This document shows positions 1 through 12,414 of a DNA stretch of 64,000 nt, piece by piece; within the stretch, counting starts at the first letter, position 1, and each line of letters begins with the position of its first letter. The notes under the pieces are model-generated. The model saw only the letters and a list, made by a program, of their open reading frames with translations, did not search any database and was not told where the DNA came from. A program made the position numbers and the translations under genes. This stretch comes from Tubiluchus corallicola (taxonomy: Eukaryota; Animalia; Priapulida): positions 1 to 64,000 of the forward strand of contig JAQGDQ010000563.1 in the NCBI GenBank assembly GCA_030141605.1, in the 5' to 3' direction.

Positions 1-66
1 AACATGTGAATAACTAGAAAAACTTAATTGCCGACTTATGGACTATTTGCATTTTTTTCATGTCAG

Positions 67-147
67 GTTGAGTTTCACAGAGAACTTTCTAAGAAGAATG
101 AACTAGAAGCTGAAGCTTACAAAGACAAACTGAAACTTCAACGCAAA
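67..147 (+). CDS. ACIN1: Acinus-like exon just after the RRM: VEFHRELSKKNELEAEAYKDKLKLQRK
   Basis: Acceptor tgtcag and donor gtaagt; 81 nt, phase 0/0; joins in frame to the next exon; VEFHR resembles Acinus LDYHR after the RRM. Confidence 0.8.
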
Positions 148-1534
148 GTAAGTGTGAAAATTTTGTACTCTATTTTGACTATCGATTGACACCTTCATTT
201 CTTATCTATATAACAGATTCAACTTGACAGCATAACAGCACCTCTTGTGTGCAAATGATCCAATGCGCCTTTCACTTCTCGAGATTGCTTGTATGAACCT
301 GGCCCAGGTTGGACGGCACGCTTGGCCAATACTTAGACATCAGGGAATGCAATGCTTTACGTACATGACATGAGTTCATTCAGTAATTTTCTCATGGCAC
401 CTTTCAAATGAAAAAAGGTAAAAAATAAAACTTTCGGACGAAATTTCCTGATCAAATTGCTGCAATAAACTGGGACGATAAGCTTTGAATTGTCGTTGTT
501 CAGATACGCCAAAGTTAAAAGTCAAACTAAACCCTCATTATAATATAAACTTTCACAACTCAAAATCCTACTCTCAGTACGAATGTTCGATTTATTTTAT
601 TATAAACTTGCTGTAAAACTTGTTTCTTTTGTTTTTATCACTTTGTTGTTAGCGAAATTAAATTTGAAGAAGCGCCATTTTTCATTGTGCAACACGAATG
701 ACGTAATGAGTACTCTCACGAGGTCACCAAAGATCAATAAATAGACATCCATAACCAGAGGCGCTTTCTCTACCTTGTACGTCATTCTCGCTCGCTCATG
801 GCAAAGACATGAAATATGGCGATGGACGCTTTCGAGCGTAAACTTATTCAAACTTCTGCCGCTTACCTAATATTCACACAAAAACATTACAATATTAGAT
901 TTTTTTTTGTAAAAACTCATTACGCTTTTGACGAAGATTGACAGTGCGCTAGTTTTCTTCAAGACGAATGACGTCATTGGAAGAAGAAGAATGACGTCAT
1001 TGGAAGAAAATGGGAGCATCCAAGCATGAAGTGATCGCGACTTTAAAGTGATTTTACTAATTACACGAGTCGTTTATTGCAGTTTTATTACTAAATCCTT
1101 CTAACATTTTTTGCGAACGTTGAAGTAACTCTAACCTCCTAGAATAGTTGATCTTTCCTTTAAGATCCCAATGTTCAAGCTTTAGATTGTTATGAACACA
1201 AAACTTTCATAATTTCTTTGTTTTGTTTAAAGTAATGTAAAGTTTAGTTTAGTATGTTTATAAAGAATACGTTCTTATGTACAAAATACGTTGCAAGCTT
1301 TTTAAATCTTATCAATATAAAATTCAGTTGTTGAAATATTTAGGAATTTTTTTTGATACTGGGACAAAAATTTCCGCTTACGTTCTAATGAAGAATCATA
1401 GGACAATCATTTCTGACACTTTTTCAACGAATAATTAAAGTAGAACACGAACAATGGTAGTTTGTTCCGGAACAGTTTTTTCACACTACGTTTTATTTTT
1501 CTTCTTTAAAATTTTAATCTTTAACTTTTCACAG

Positions 1535-1704
1535 GAGGAAAAGAGACGGAAGAGGTTGGTAGAAGGAAAGGCAGCAGACAAGGAGAAGGATAAAAAACAA
1601 CGAACATCTGAACAGCCGAGTAGAAAAAAAGCAACTTCTCCCGTAGAGATCCGAGAATGGGATCTAGATAAAATTCCTGGACGTTCTCCGCCGGAGTATT
1701 CCAG
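1535..1704 (+). CDS. ACIN1: Acinus exon: EEKRRKRL...EIREWDLDKIPGRSPPEYS
   Basis: ttttcacag / gtaatt boundaries; REWDxDK motif typical of Acinus; phase 0/2. Confidence 0.85.
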
Positions 1705-2323
1705 GTAATTATAACATTTAATCAAAAGCTCTAATCGTTAAGTTAACGTAGCAAGAATGTTAATTACCAAAACTTATCGAAATTTAATTCATCAAAATGT
1801 TTCTTGCTATTTGTGAGCCAAAACCATCCTCAAATCGGCATAGTTAGAACTACGTTATGATGCTTCAAAGTGAAATGTATCATAAATCTAGTCAAAGTAT
1901 TTTTCTTTATAAAAACAAATGCTAAATATATTGGGCTTTTACATTGTAGCAGAAATTATCAGAAAAAATTGTTTAAAAAGTACTAAAAATTTAATTTCAT
2001 AACCTCGTATCCAATTTTCTGGCTAGAAACTAAAACTGCAATTTTGTAGAAACACGACAAAAAACAATGGCTGACTTTAACAGTGATTTTCTCAAGATTA
2101 TGTTTTTCAATGCGTAGCCTGTACCTCAAATTCAATGTGGATTATCTCAGCTTAGAAACAACATAGAGTGATGAACTTGGTATCAAAATGATCCTTGTGA
2201 AATGGAGATTCAGGACACGTGAATAACTAGAAAAGCTTAACTGCTGACCTATGGATGATTTTGCTATGCAAGTTCACATATTTTTTATTTTGAATGGCAT
2301 TTATTTGAGGTGATTAATTTCAG

Positions 2324-2439
2324 AAACAGACAGAAATCAAGATCTCCTGTGGAGAGGAGAAGGGAAAGACGACATTCACGACAAGAGAGCAGGGAGCGGA
2401 GAATGAGAGAGCGAAGTAGGGAGGGAAGAGATAAGAAAG
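2324..2439 (+). CDS. ACIN1: Acinus RS/RE-rich exon: NRQKSRSPVERRRERRHSRQESRERR...DKK
   Basis: tttcag / gtattg boundaries; phase 2/1 compatible with neighbours; RS-rich. Confidence 0.85.
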
Positions 2440-2893
2440 GTATTGCCTTTTGTATGACTCGCACGCACGCACAGAAACATGTTTTTAAACGTTATTGTTA
2501 CGTGTTATCAAAATATTAACATATTTCAGTTAAGTGTAGAGATATATGTAGGATACAAAAAGATGACACCGCTGTAATTAGTGAATATTCAGTATTTTAG
2601 TAGTTTGATTAATTAGAAATTAGTGAGATTACAGAGTGTAATTCATATTTGTTAATGTAATATCCTGCAATGCTTTATTTTTAAGTTGTTATAGCGTTAT
2701 TTTTCTTTTTTTCTGAAGTATTTCCTGCTTCTTATTTTGTACAAATTATCACCACTAGGACATTGACTTAGTGATTGCTTGTACCAAGCGGTACCTTATG
2801 AATGTCACCTAGTTAAGCTTCCTGGTTTTGTGAAGCGTTGGCTATTAAAGAAATATAATGAAAAAAACCCGCACAGAGCCAGTAGGTTTTGGG

Positions 2894-3374
2894 CAGTCAC
2901 TTAATAAACTCTCTTGACTAGCTGACACTCAGTAACTCACTGCCAGTCACTCAGTAAACTCTCTTGACTAGCTCACATTCAGTAACTCACTGCCAGTCAC
3001 TTAATAAACTCTCTTGACTAGCTCACATTCAGTAACTCACTGCCAGTCACTCAATAAACTCTCTTGACTAGCTGACACTCAGTAACTCACTGCCAGTCAC
3101 TCAGTAAACTCTCTTGACTAGCTCACATTCAGTAACTCACTGCCAGTCACTCAATAAACGGTCTGACTAGCTCACATTCAGTAACTCACTGCCAGTCACT
3201 CAATAAACTGTCTGACTAGCTCACATTCAGTAACTCACTGCCAGTCACTCAATAAACTGTCTGACTAGCTCACATTCAGTAACTCACTGCCAGTCACTCA
3301 ATAAACTGTCTGACTAGGTCACATTCAGTAACTCACTGCCAGTCACTCAATAAACTGTCTGACTAGCTCACATT
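2894..3374. repeat. 49-50-bp minisatellite, about 10 copies
   Basis: Unit cagtcactcaataaactgtctgactagctcacattcagtaactcactgc; ends about 27 nt before an Acinus acceptor. Confidence 0.95.
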
Positions 3375-3401
3375 ATAGTCTTTCACGATACATTTTTTTA
3401 G

Positions 3402-3502
3402 AGAAAAAGAAAGAAGAGGCTCCAGCCAAACTGTTAGATGACTTATTTCGAAAGACGAAAACCACTCCGTGTATTTACTGGTTACCACTGACTGAAGAAC
3501 AG
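3402..3502 (+). CDS. ACIN1: Acinus RSB (RNPS1-SAP18-binding) motif exon: [33 protein letters not shown]
   Basis: Near-perfect Acinus signature [24 protein letters not shown]; tttttttag / gtgagt boundaries. Confidence 0.97.
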
Positions 3503-4420
3503 GTGAGTGGTCAGCTTCATTGGTCAGCTTGGTTGTTTACTGGTTACTACTGACTGAACAACAGGTGAGTGGGGAGCACGGTCAGCTTCATTGGTCAGCT
3601 TGGTTGTTTACTGGTTATCACTGACTGAAGAACAGGTGAGTGGAAAGCTTGGTCAGTTTCATTGGTCAGCTTGATTGTGTACTGGTTACCACTGACTGAA
3701 GAACAGGTGAGTGGAAAGCACGGTCAGCTTCATTGGTCAGCTTGGTTGTTTACTGGTTATCACTGACTGAAGAACAGGTGAGTGGATAGCATGGTCAGCT
3801 TCATTGGTCAGCTTGGTTGTTTACTGGTTACCACTGACTGAAGAACAGGTGAGTGGATAGCATGGTCAGCTTCATTGGTCAGCTTGGTTGTTTACTGGTT
3901 ACCACTGACTGAAGAACAGGTGAGTGGAAAGCACGGTCAGCTTCATTGGTCAGCTTGGTTGTTTACTGGTTACCACTGACTGAAGAACAGGTGAGTGGAT
4001 AGCATGGTCAGTTTCATTGGTCAGCTTGGTTGTTTACTGGTTATCACTGACTGAAGAACAGGTGAGTGGATAGCATGGTCAGTTTCATTGGTCAGCTTGG
4101 TTGTTTACTGGTTACCACTGACTGAAGAACAGGTGAGTGGATAGCATGGTCAGCTTCATTGGTCAGCTTGGTTGTTTACTGGTTATCACTGACTGAAGAA
4201 CAGGTGAGTGGATAGCATGGTCAGTTTCATTGGTCAGCTTGGTTGTTTACTGGTTACCACTGACTGAAGAACAGGTGAGTGGATAGCATGGTCAGCTTCA
4301 TTGGTCAGTTTGGTTGTTTACTGGTTACCACTGACTGAAGAACAGGTGAGTGGATAGCATGGTCAGCTTCATTGGTCAGTTTGGTTGTTTCCTGTTTACC
4401 ACTGACTGAAGAACAGGTGA
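3475..4420 (+). repeat. 71-bp minisatellite containing the exon end and 5' splice site, 14 donor copies
   Basis: CAG|GTGAGT at 3503 and 3565, then every 71 nt from 3636 to 4346; final copy GTGATT at 4417. Confidence 0.97.
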
Positions 4421-4714
4421 TTAATATAGAATTAATTTGGTTAAATTTTTTCTCTTAGCTACTTCATCAAGCTTGTATCAGAGCAAATAAAAGGAAAACA
4501 GTGAAAACAAAGTATTTAATTTATTTCTGATTTTTTTCCACTTTTGGTAGTAGTTGGTTTTGCAAAAATGATTTCCGTTCAGTTTCTGTTTGTAACTTCA
4601 GTTTCAGTAACATCCCTGATAAAAACGCTGAATCACGAACATTTCGTATTTGTAAGTGTAAAATATATGAATGTTTAATTGCCACGTTTGTGAGTCAAAT
4701 CCCATTTCCTCTAG

Positions 4715-4828
4715 TTTGCACAAAAAGAGAAGGAAAGAGCTCAGCGTATGGAGGAGCGAGAACGGCGAAGGCGTCTCATCGCCAAGAAAGAGAAGGAAGA
4801 AGCTGAGGCGGTGCAGAAGGAACGAGAA
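4715..4828 (+). CDS. ACIN1: Acinus coiled-coil exon: FAQKEKERAQRMEERERRRR...KERE
   Basis: cctctag / gtaaga boundaries; 114 nt, phase 0/0; charged helix following the RSB motif. Confidence 0.9.
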
Positions 4829-4864
4829 GTAAGATTTTGCATTCCAAGTAATTAATAATTAATG

Positions 4865-6396
4865 ATAATGATTAAGTAATGGAGAGTAGAATAATGATTA
4901 AGTAATGGAGAGTAGAATAATGATTAAGTAATGGAGAGTAGAATAACGATTAAGTAATGGAGAGTAGAATAACGATTAAGTAATGGAGAGTAGAATAATG
5001 ATTATGTAATGGAGAGTAGAATAATGATTAAGTAATGGAGAGTAGAATAATGATTAAGTAATGGAGAGTAGAATAATGATTAAGTAATGGAGAGTAGAAT
5101 AATGATTAAGTAATGGAGAGTAGAATAATGATTAGGTAATGGAGAGTAGAATAATGATTAGGTAATGGAGAGTAGAATAATGATTAAGTAATGGAGAGTA
5201 GAATAATGATTAAGTAGTGGTAGAATAATGATTAAGTAATGGAGAGTAGAATAATGATTAAGTAATGGAGAGTAGAATAATGATTAAGTAATGGAGAGTA
5301 GAATAATGATTAAGTAATGGAGAGTAGAATAATGGTTAAGTAATGGAGAGTAGAATAATGATTAAGTAATGGAGAGTAGAATAATGATTAAGTAATGGAG
5401 AGTAGAATAATGGTTAAGTAATGGAGAGTAGAATAATGATTAAGTAATGGAGAGTAGAATAATGATTAAGTAATGGAGAGTAGAATAATGATTAAGTAAT
5501 GGAGAGTAGAATAATGATTAAGTAATGGAGAGTAGAATAATGATTAGGTAATGGAGAGTAGAATAATGATTATGTAATGGAGAGTAGAATAATGATTAAG
5601 TAATGGAGAGTAGAATAATGATTAGGTAATGGAGAGTAGAATAATGATTAGGTAATGGAGAGTAGAATAATGATTAAGTAATGGAGAGTAGAATAATGAT
5701 TAAGTAATGGAGAGTAGAATAATGATTAAGTAATGGAGAGTAGAATAATGATTAAGTAATGGAGAGTAGAATAATGATTAAGTAATGGAGAGTAGAATAA
5801 TGATTAAGTAATGGAGAGTAGAATAATGATTAAGTAATGGAGAGTAGAATAATGATTAAGTAATGGAGAGTAGAATAATGGTTAAGTAATGGAGAGTAGA
5901 ATAATGATTAGGTAATGGAGAGTAGAATAATGATTAAGTAATGGAGAGTAGAATAATGATTAAGTAATGGAGAGTAGAATAATGATTAAGTAATGGGGAG
6001 TAGAATAATGATTAAGTAATGGAGAGTAGAATAATGATTAAGTAATGGAGAGTAGAATAATGATTAAGTAATGGAGAGTAGAATAATGGTTAAGTAATGG
6101 AGAGTAGAATAATGATTAGGTAATGGAGAGTAGAATAATGATTAAGTAATGGAGAGTAGAATAATGATTAAGTAATGGAGAGTAGAATAATGATTAAGTA
6201 ATGGAGAGTAGAATAATGGTTAAGTAATGGAGAGTAGAATAATGATTAAGTAATGGAGAGTAGAATAATGATTAAGTAATGGAGAGTAGAATAATGATTA
6301 AGTAATGGAGAGTAGAATAATGGTTAAGTAATGGAGAGTAGAATAATGATTAAGTAATGGAGAGTAGAATAATGATTAAGTAATGGAGAGTAGAAT
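4865..6396. repeat. 26-bp minisatellite, about 59 copies
   Basis: Unit ataatgattaagtaatggagagtaga. Confidence 0.97.
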
Positions 6397-6547
6397 TTGT
6401 TCAGGAGTTTGTGGAAAGAACCATAGAACAGAGTCAATATTTTACAAAATCTGCAGTAGACATGTTGCTGTAAGACAAAATTAAAGACACAATTGTGTAA
6501 TTTACTTGGAAAATTCAATTTTTTTTGATAAGCATTCTTTGCAATAA

Positions 6548-7472
6548 GCCTTTTCACAGTTTCATTGTGCACACGCCTAGTTGCTGTAGATCAGTGGTTA
6601 ATTGAAGTGTATCACAGCAACACAACTACAATCATCATGTGACGTGTGGGTAAAGCAAAGCCATCTGCATTCCAGCAAGTCTGTGGCTAAAGCAAAGCAT
6701 CGCTTCAGTAACTTCAGTTGTTTAACTTAATTATGTAGGTGTAGAGTGATTTACTAGTGGGATTTTGCTTGGAAACAAGAAAGAATGAAACTAGGTAAGG
6801 TTCTTGGTGTTAAAACTGTTAGTATTACAACAGCGTGGGCTGTGAGGCCTTGTCAAGTGTACACAAATGCGTTGTCTGGTACATTTAACCTTTGACCTTT
6901 TCACGATCATCATCAATCACTGGAACTGTGAAAAGGTTTATTTTGAATCAAATTTATCTAACCAATGTATCTTTATGTATAAGAATAAGTGCAGTGACTC
7001 ATTAAAGACCCACATGTCATGGGACGGTTGTAGTTAAGACACATTGCTCTGGTACATTTAACCTTTGACCTACAGCAACTGCACGTGCGTACAATGAAAC
7101 TGTGAAAAGATCAAAGGTTAATTGTACCAGATAATGCATTTGTGTACACTTGCAAAGATTAATTGTGCCAGATAACGCATTTGTGTACACTTGACAACAC
7201 CCTGCAGCCCAAGCTGTTGGAAAGGTAACAGTTTAAACAGCTAGCTAAGACCTTACCTAGTTCATTTTTTCTTGTTCCCAAGCAAGATCCTGCTAGCAAA
7301 TCACTCTATGCACAGACTAATGCATAAATAAGTAAAGTCCACCTAAAACAACTGAAGTTTGCTGAACTGATGCAGCAGACGGCTTTGCTTTATCCACACG
7401 TCACGTAATGGTTGTAGTTGAAACGCGCTGCCGTGGTACACTTGACCTTTGACCTACAGCAACTGTGGAAAG
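6548..7472. mobile_element. Two oppositely oriented copies of a ~390-bp MITE-like family (TIR AGCCTTTTCACAGTT)
   Basis: Copy 6548-6937 has ends ccttttcacagtt / aactgtgaaaagg; inverted copy at about 7045-7472; same family at 17066, 26408, 27900 and 33480. Confidence 0.75.
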
Positions 7473-7535
7473 GTTTGTTATCCACTTTGTATCCAATGAC
7501 ATCCAAACTAATAAAGTTGAATTTCGTTACTTTAG

Positions 7536-7601
7536 GAAAAGCACCGTGAGCGAAGCAGAGAAAATCGTAGTAGAAGTAAAAGCCGTCGTCGGCGACATTA
7601 A
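7536..7601 (+). CDS. ACIN1: Acinus terminal coding exon: EKHRERSRENRSRSKSRRRRH*
   Basis: tactttag acceptor, phase 0; RS-rich tail ending in TAA. Confidence 0.85.
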   Translation, partial: EKHRERSRENRSRSKSRRRRH

Positions 7602-8797
7602 TCTTGTTTGTTTAGTGTCAAATGTTCAGAAGTGTTTCCGTGACGACCGTATCGGCTACTTTGTAATTTCTTAATTGAATTTTAATTGTTAATACAGACT
7701 ATCATTTTGCTTTTAGTTAGTAAAATCATTGCTAAGTTGCTGAAATTGTAGTTTCGTGCCGCATAACGTTCGTATTTACGTTTATTCTACTGAGAAAAGG
7801 CACTAGAGTTTTTATCGCATTAAATCCGAGTATCTGAGAAGTTTAAGTAAACTTGTGTTTTCTTTTTCGACTGGTTGTTAAATTTACGACTTCATTTGTG
7901 TGATTTCACTTACCCTTTTGCAGATTAATCACATTTATACATTGTTTTTGCTTACGACTGCTCTCATGATTATTCGTGTTTGTTGATGCAAATACTTCAT
8001 ATATCTAACTAGTTTTTTGGCTATTCTTTAAATGTGAACTACTTTGTTTTTAAACGATTCTTGTTTATGTCGTTCATTTACCTGTATTTACTTGAGTAAC
8101 GCTTCTCTGTGTTACAATGTTTTCATACATAGCAATGCATTCTGGCATTACATACAGGTGTTCGTGTTACCCAGGTGTGTGTTTGACTTTACTAAAGTTT
8201 GCACTTTATTGTCACAACATAATGTGCGTAGTCATAACATTTTGCACTCTATTGTCACAACATAATGTGCATAGTCATAACATTTGGCACTCTTGTCACA
8301 ACTTAACGTAGGTAGTCATAACATTTTAAGCCTGTAACATTGAATTTGCTCTATTAATGTGTTAATTAATGTAACAGCAGGTATTTTGAGTTTTAGTCTG
8401 ATGTGTGTGGTGTACGTGACTTGACAATGTCGTGGTTCTTCAGTTTTACCACTAATTCATGGGTCCACTCCTAATCTTTACAGACTGGCTCTACTAGTAG
8501 ACTAGGGCACCACCCACTTACTACCCCTAATCTTTATAGAACTCGTGTGTTGAATTGATCAGATTTCTTAAGCGCGTAATGTTACGCATTCCACACACAG
8601 TCGATACGCTTTCGTGCATTAAGGCAGTTTTTCCTATCGCCAAATAGTTTTTTGAATTGTTTGCGTGTGAGAAATATAATCTGTATTTAGTTGGTCGCAA
8701 AAGTGATAAACATGGAGTTTATAAAGAATCACTGTCTTTGACTTGCGTATTAAAATGTTTCAATGTGTTCTGCTGTAAACAGAGATTTTAATGTGAT

Positions 8798-8863
8798 AAT
8801 AAACAATGACTTCTCTTCAAATAAACAATGACATCTCTTCAAATAAACAATGACTTCTCTTCA
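8798..8863 (+). promoter_or_regulatory. Candidate Acinus polyadenylation signal, triplicated in a 22-bp tandem repeat
   Basis: AATAAA at 8798, 8820 and 8842 (unit aataaacaatgacttctcttca), followed by T/GT-rich sequence. Confidence 0.5.
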
Positions 8864-9589
8864 TTCACTTTCCTCCAATGTATTTGCTTTGTGTTACATT
8901 TACAACAGGTTTGAAACATAATAGCTTAAATATATAAGAGCTGTACACATATATATATATGTACACATCAAACATACGTTTTATTATGTGAGAAAAGTGT
9001 AAACTCAATAGATAAAAAGCGCACAATTGTAAAAATATTTAAAATTAATTACTACAGTCACTGTTGATGATATCAAATTATGATAGTGTCTGTCGTATTT
9101 TTTCCTAAAAAGCATTTGTACTGGGGGCTAACACCATTGGCAAATAGCAAACTTTGTCCGTTTTATCCGCTAAGAGATGGCAGCACCATATATAATACTA
9201 TACACTCAGGTAAGCTGTTCCACAGACAAACAGTTCTTTTACTAAAAACAACTTTCTTAGATTATAATGTGTCCTATTAATTTCAAAAGTAAAACAACGT
9301 CCTAGTAAGCCAGGAGAGGTTCTTGCTTTGAACATTGATTGACATTATTATAACCTTGAACAATGAACATTGTTTTATTATAGACATTATTATAACCTTG
9401 AACGATGAACATTGTTTTATAATAGACATTATAACCTTGAACGAATTTAATGACTTCAATGATTCTACGATCTTCTAATGATGTGAGTTTTAAAACATTC
9501 AGCCTCACATCAACACGATGATATAAACACAATTTCTCTAATTTATTTAAGTTGATTTCTGTGAAAGTTTAACCTATTTCTTTAATTTA

Positions 9590-10171
9590 CAGTAAACAAT
9601 GTATAACTTGAACCGGTATGACTCAAATTCATGAGTGTCTCGGACAGAGCTCCTGGAACGAATTTTCCCTTTAAGAAACGTCGTGTAACTCAAACTGAAT
9701 TCCCGGTACAATTTATAAGAATCTGACTGAAATTACCCCACCTATCTCAAACAACTTCCCAAATGAGAAATCCTATGTGAAAGTGTGCACCACGTTACAA
9801 TTTTAACTACTAGTTTCTTCAAAAATGCTAAGATTTCTTGTATTACCTTAGCAGAACACTAAACACAGCATGGCTTAACAAACGTGGCTTAATGTAGATC
9901 ACAGTATTATTGCCGAATTCTATTAACCATGCTACTGAGACTACAATAGAGGTGGACCAGTCATTTTATTTTTGATTATTCATAAAACATGTTTAATATT
10001 TGATTAAATGCTCAGTTTGTCATTTTCACAGGCTGTAGTGTTACTAGTGTACTGTCCCACGTTGATGAGTGACTCAGTCTTGTTTTCTTACAAACATTGT
10101 CTAACTTGAACCCTCGCATAAGTTGAACAAAATTTCCGGTCCCGAGATGTTCGAGTCATGCATACTTACTG
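9590..10171. mobile_element. Tc1/mariner (pogo/Tigger-like) MITE
   Basis: TA|CAGTAAAC...CTTACTG|TA with imperfect ~24-bp TIRs. Confidence 0.65.
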
Positions 10172-10288
10172 TATATGACTGTATATGTGTATGTGTATTT
10201 ACTGTATATGAGAACAGTACATTGCAAACTCGCTTTCTTTAATTTATTTACATGAAAGTTCTTACCTAATGTTTAACAAGTTCACATT

Positions 10289-10453
10289 CTAGTCTAACTT
10301 TTCACTTAGACTGATATGCCAACTGGTGAGTATTTTTGCTATGCAGTAAAGTAAAGCTATAAATATATTTGTTGTCAGTGCTATCACATAGTGACTTATG
10401 CTAGTTCCAATATCCAACCAACTTCCAGAATCTTGTACCATGAAGAAAAAGTG
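10289..10453 (-). CDS. PIGN: PIGN terminal exon: HFFFMVQDSGSWLDIGTSISHYVI...EKLD*
   Basis: Conserved PigN C-terminal motif GSWLDIGTSISHY; tttttcag acceptor; TAG at 10289-10291. Confidence 0.95.
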   Translation of the reverse strand, partial: HFFFMVQDSGSWLDIGTSISHYVIALTTNIFIALLYCIAKILTSWHISLSEKLD

Positions 10454-10955
10454 CTGAAAAAGAAGAAAAAAGAATTAAAACAGGATTCATCCTGCAACTT
10501 TGTATATAACTACCGCCCCCCCCCCCCACATTAATTTTATTCAGTTTGGCCTTCTGGAAACTGAAAATTGTACTTAAAGCAAAACCAGACCTAATCTTAA
10601 ACTGTACGTCAAAACAATCTACTTTTTAAAATAGTGAAAGGAAATATTATTTTTTTAAGAAATGACTTGCATGAAAGAATTATTACCACACAACACAATT
10701 TCGTGTTCGCGCCACTAGTTTTTTGCTGTTACATGCATTTCACCATTTACTAGTTAGACGCGTACTAGTGCCTGTATTTCGGAAACGCGTTGCACAAAAA
10801 ACAGGTGCTGTACCTGTCAGTGTGCTCGTTTGTGACGAACTGCATCGTCTAACTTTATTGGCTTCATGATAATGTTTGAAGGACAAAATGTGTGTTTTTA
10901 GACTTTCTTAGCAAAAATTATTGGGCAAAGTTTGCTTACATTGAGTATTTTCAAC

Positions 10956-11345
10956 ATTACTTTACTATAGACTCACCAATCACATGAAGTCTGACATAAT
11001 GAGAACCAATAAGAAGAGACATTACTTTACTGTAGATTCACCAATCCCATGAAGTCTGACATAATGAGAACCAGTAAGAAGAGACATTACTTTACTATAA
11101 ACTCACCAATCCCATGAAGTCTGACATAATGAGAACCAATAAGAAGAGACATTACTTTACTATAAACTCACCAATCCCATGAAGTCTGACATAATGAGAA
11201 CCAATAAGAAGAGACATTACTTTACTATAGACTCACCAATCCCATGAAGTCTGATATAATGAGAACCAATAAGAAGAGACATTACTTTACTATAAACTCA
11301 CCAATCCCATGAAGTCTGACATAATGAGAACCAATAAGAAGAGAC
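10956..11345 (-). repeat. 65-bp minisatellite x6 containing a PIGN exon end and 5' splice site
   Basis: Units start at 10956, 11021, 11086, 11151, 11216 and 11281; each holds 44 nt of exon plus 21 nt of intron. Confidence 0.96.
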
Positions 11346-11418
11346 TAGTTGTTGGTACTTTAGTTGTGACATGGATGGCATGAAATACACAGCTCACCAT
11401 TATGAATGGTATTACAAC
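11302..11418 (-). CDS. PIGN: PIGN exon: VVIPFIMVSCVFHAIHVTTKVPTTSLFLLVLIMSDFMGL
   Basis: ag / gtgagt boundaries; 117 nt, phase 0/0; PIGN-like IPF...SLFLxVLxxSDxMxL. Confidence 0.93.
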
Positions 11419-11623
11419 CTAAATAAACTCAAATTTAAACTACAAAATATTTATTATACAATGTTCTTTGTCACAAGTATAAAAATACAAACGGTATTGT
11501 TAGTGAAGTGGTATAGCAAATTATCAAATTATGAACAAATATACTAGTACTCAACTTATGAACAAATATACTAGTCCTCAACGAGACATTAAAAACTTCG
11601 GTCAGAATATCATCGTGATTATG

Positions 11624-12414
11624 TCCGTTACATCTGTTGTGGACCTTGGGGAGGCTGTTATGTCTGTTGTGGACATTGGGCAGCCCGTTACATCTGTTGT
11701 GGACATTGGGCAGCCTGTTTACATCTGTTGTGGACATTGGGCAGGCTGTTATGTCTGTTGTGGACATTGGGCAGCCCGTTACATCTGTTGTGGACATTGG
11801 GCAGCCTGTTTGCATCTGTTGTGGACATTGGGCAGGCTGTTATGTGTGTTGTGGACATTGGGCAGGCTGTTATGTGTGTTGTGGACATTGGGCAGCCCGT
11901 TACATCTGTTGTGGACATTGGGCAGCCTGTTTACATCTGTTGTGGACATTGGGCAGGCTGTTATGTGTGTTGTGGACATTGGGCAGGCTGTTATGTGTGT
12001 TGTGGACATTGGGGAGGCTGTTATGCATATTGTGGACATTGGGCAGCCCATTTACATCTGTTGTGGACATTGGGCAGCCTGTTTACATCTGTTGTGGACA
12101 TTGGGCAGGCTGTTACGTCTGTTGTGGACATTGGGCAGCCTGTTATGTGTGTTGTGGACATTGGGCAGCCTGTTTACATCTGTTGTGGACATTGAGAAGG
12201 CTGTTATGTGTATTGTGGACATTGGGCAGGCTGTTATGTGTGTTGTGGACATTGGGCAGCCTGTTTACATCTGTTGTGGACATTGGGCAACCTGTTTACA
12301 TCTGTTGTGGACATTGGGGGGTGGGCTGTTATGTCTGTTGTGGACATTGGGGAGGTTGTTATGTGTGTTGTGGACATTGGGCAGGCTGTTGTGTATTGTG
12401 GACATTGGGCAGGC
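11624..12414. repeat. 30-31-bp minisatellite, about 26 copies
   Basis: Unit tgttgtggacattgggcag(g/c)ctgtt(t)a(t/c)(g/a)tc. Confidence 0.95.

Noticed and set aside
3503-4420. Recursive splicing at the repeated CAG|GTGAGT
   Set aside because: The AG is preceded by purine-rich exon sequence with no pyrimidine tract, so these are poor acceptors. The PIGN acceptor array is followed by GC or AC rather than a GT donor.
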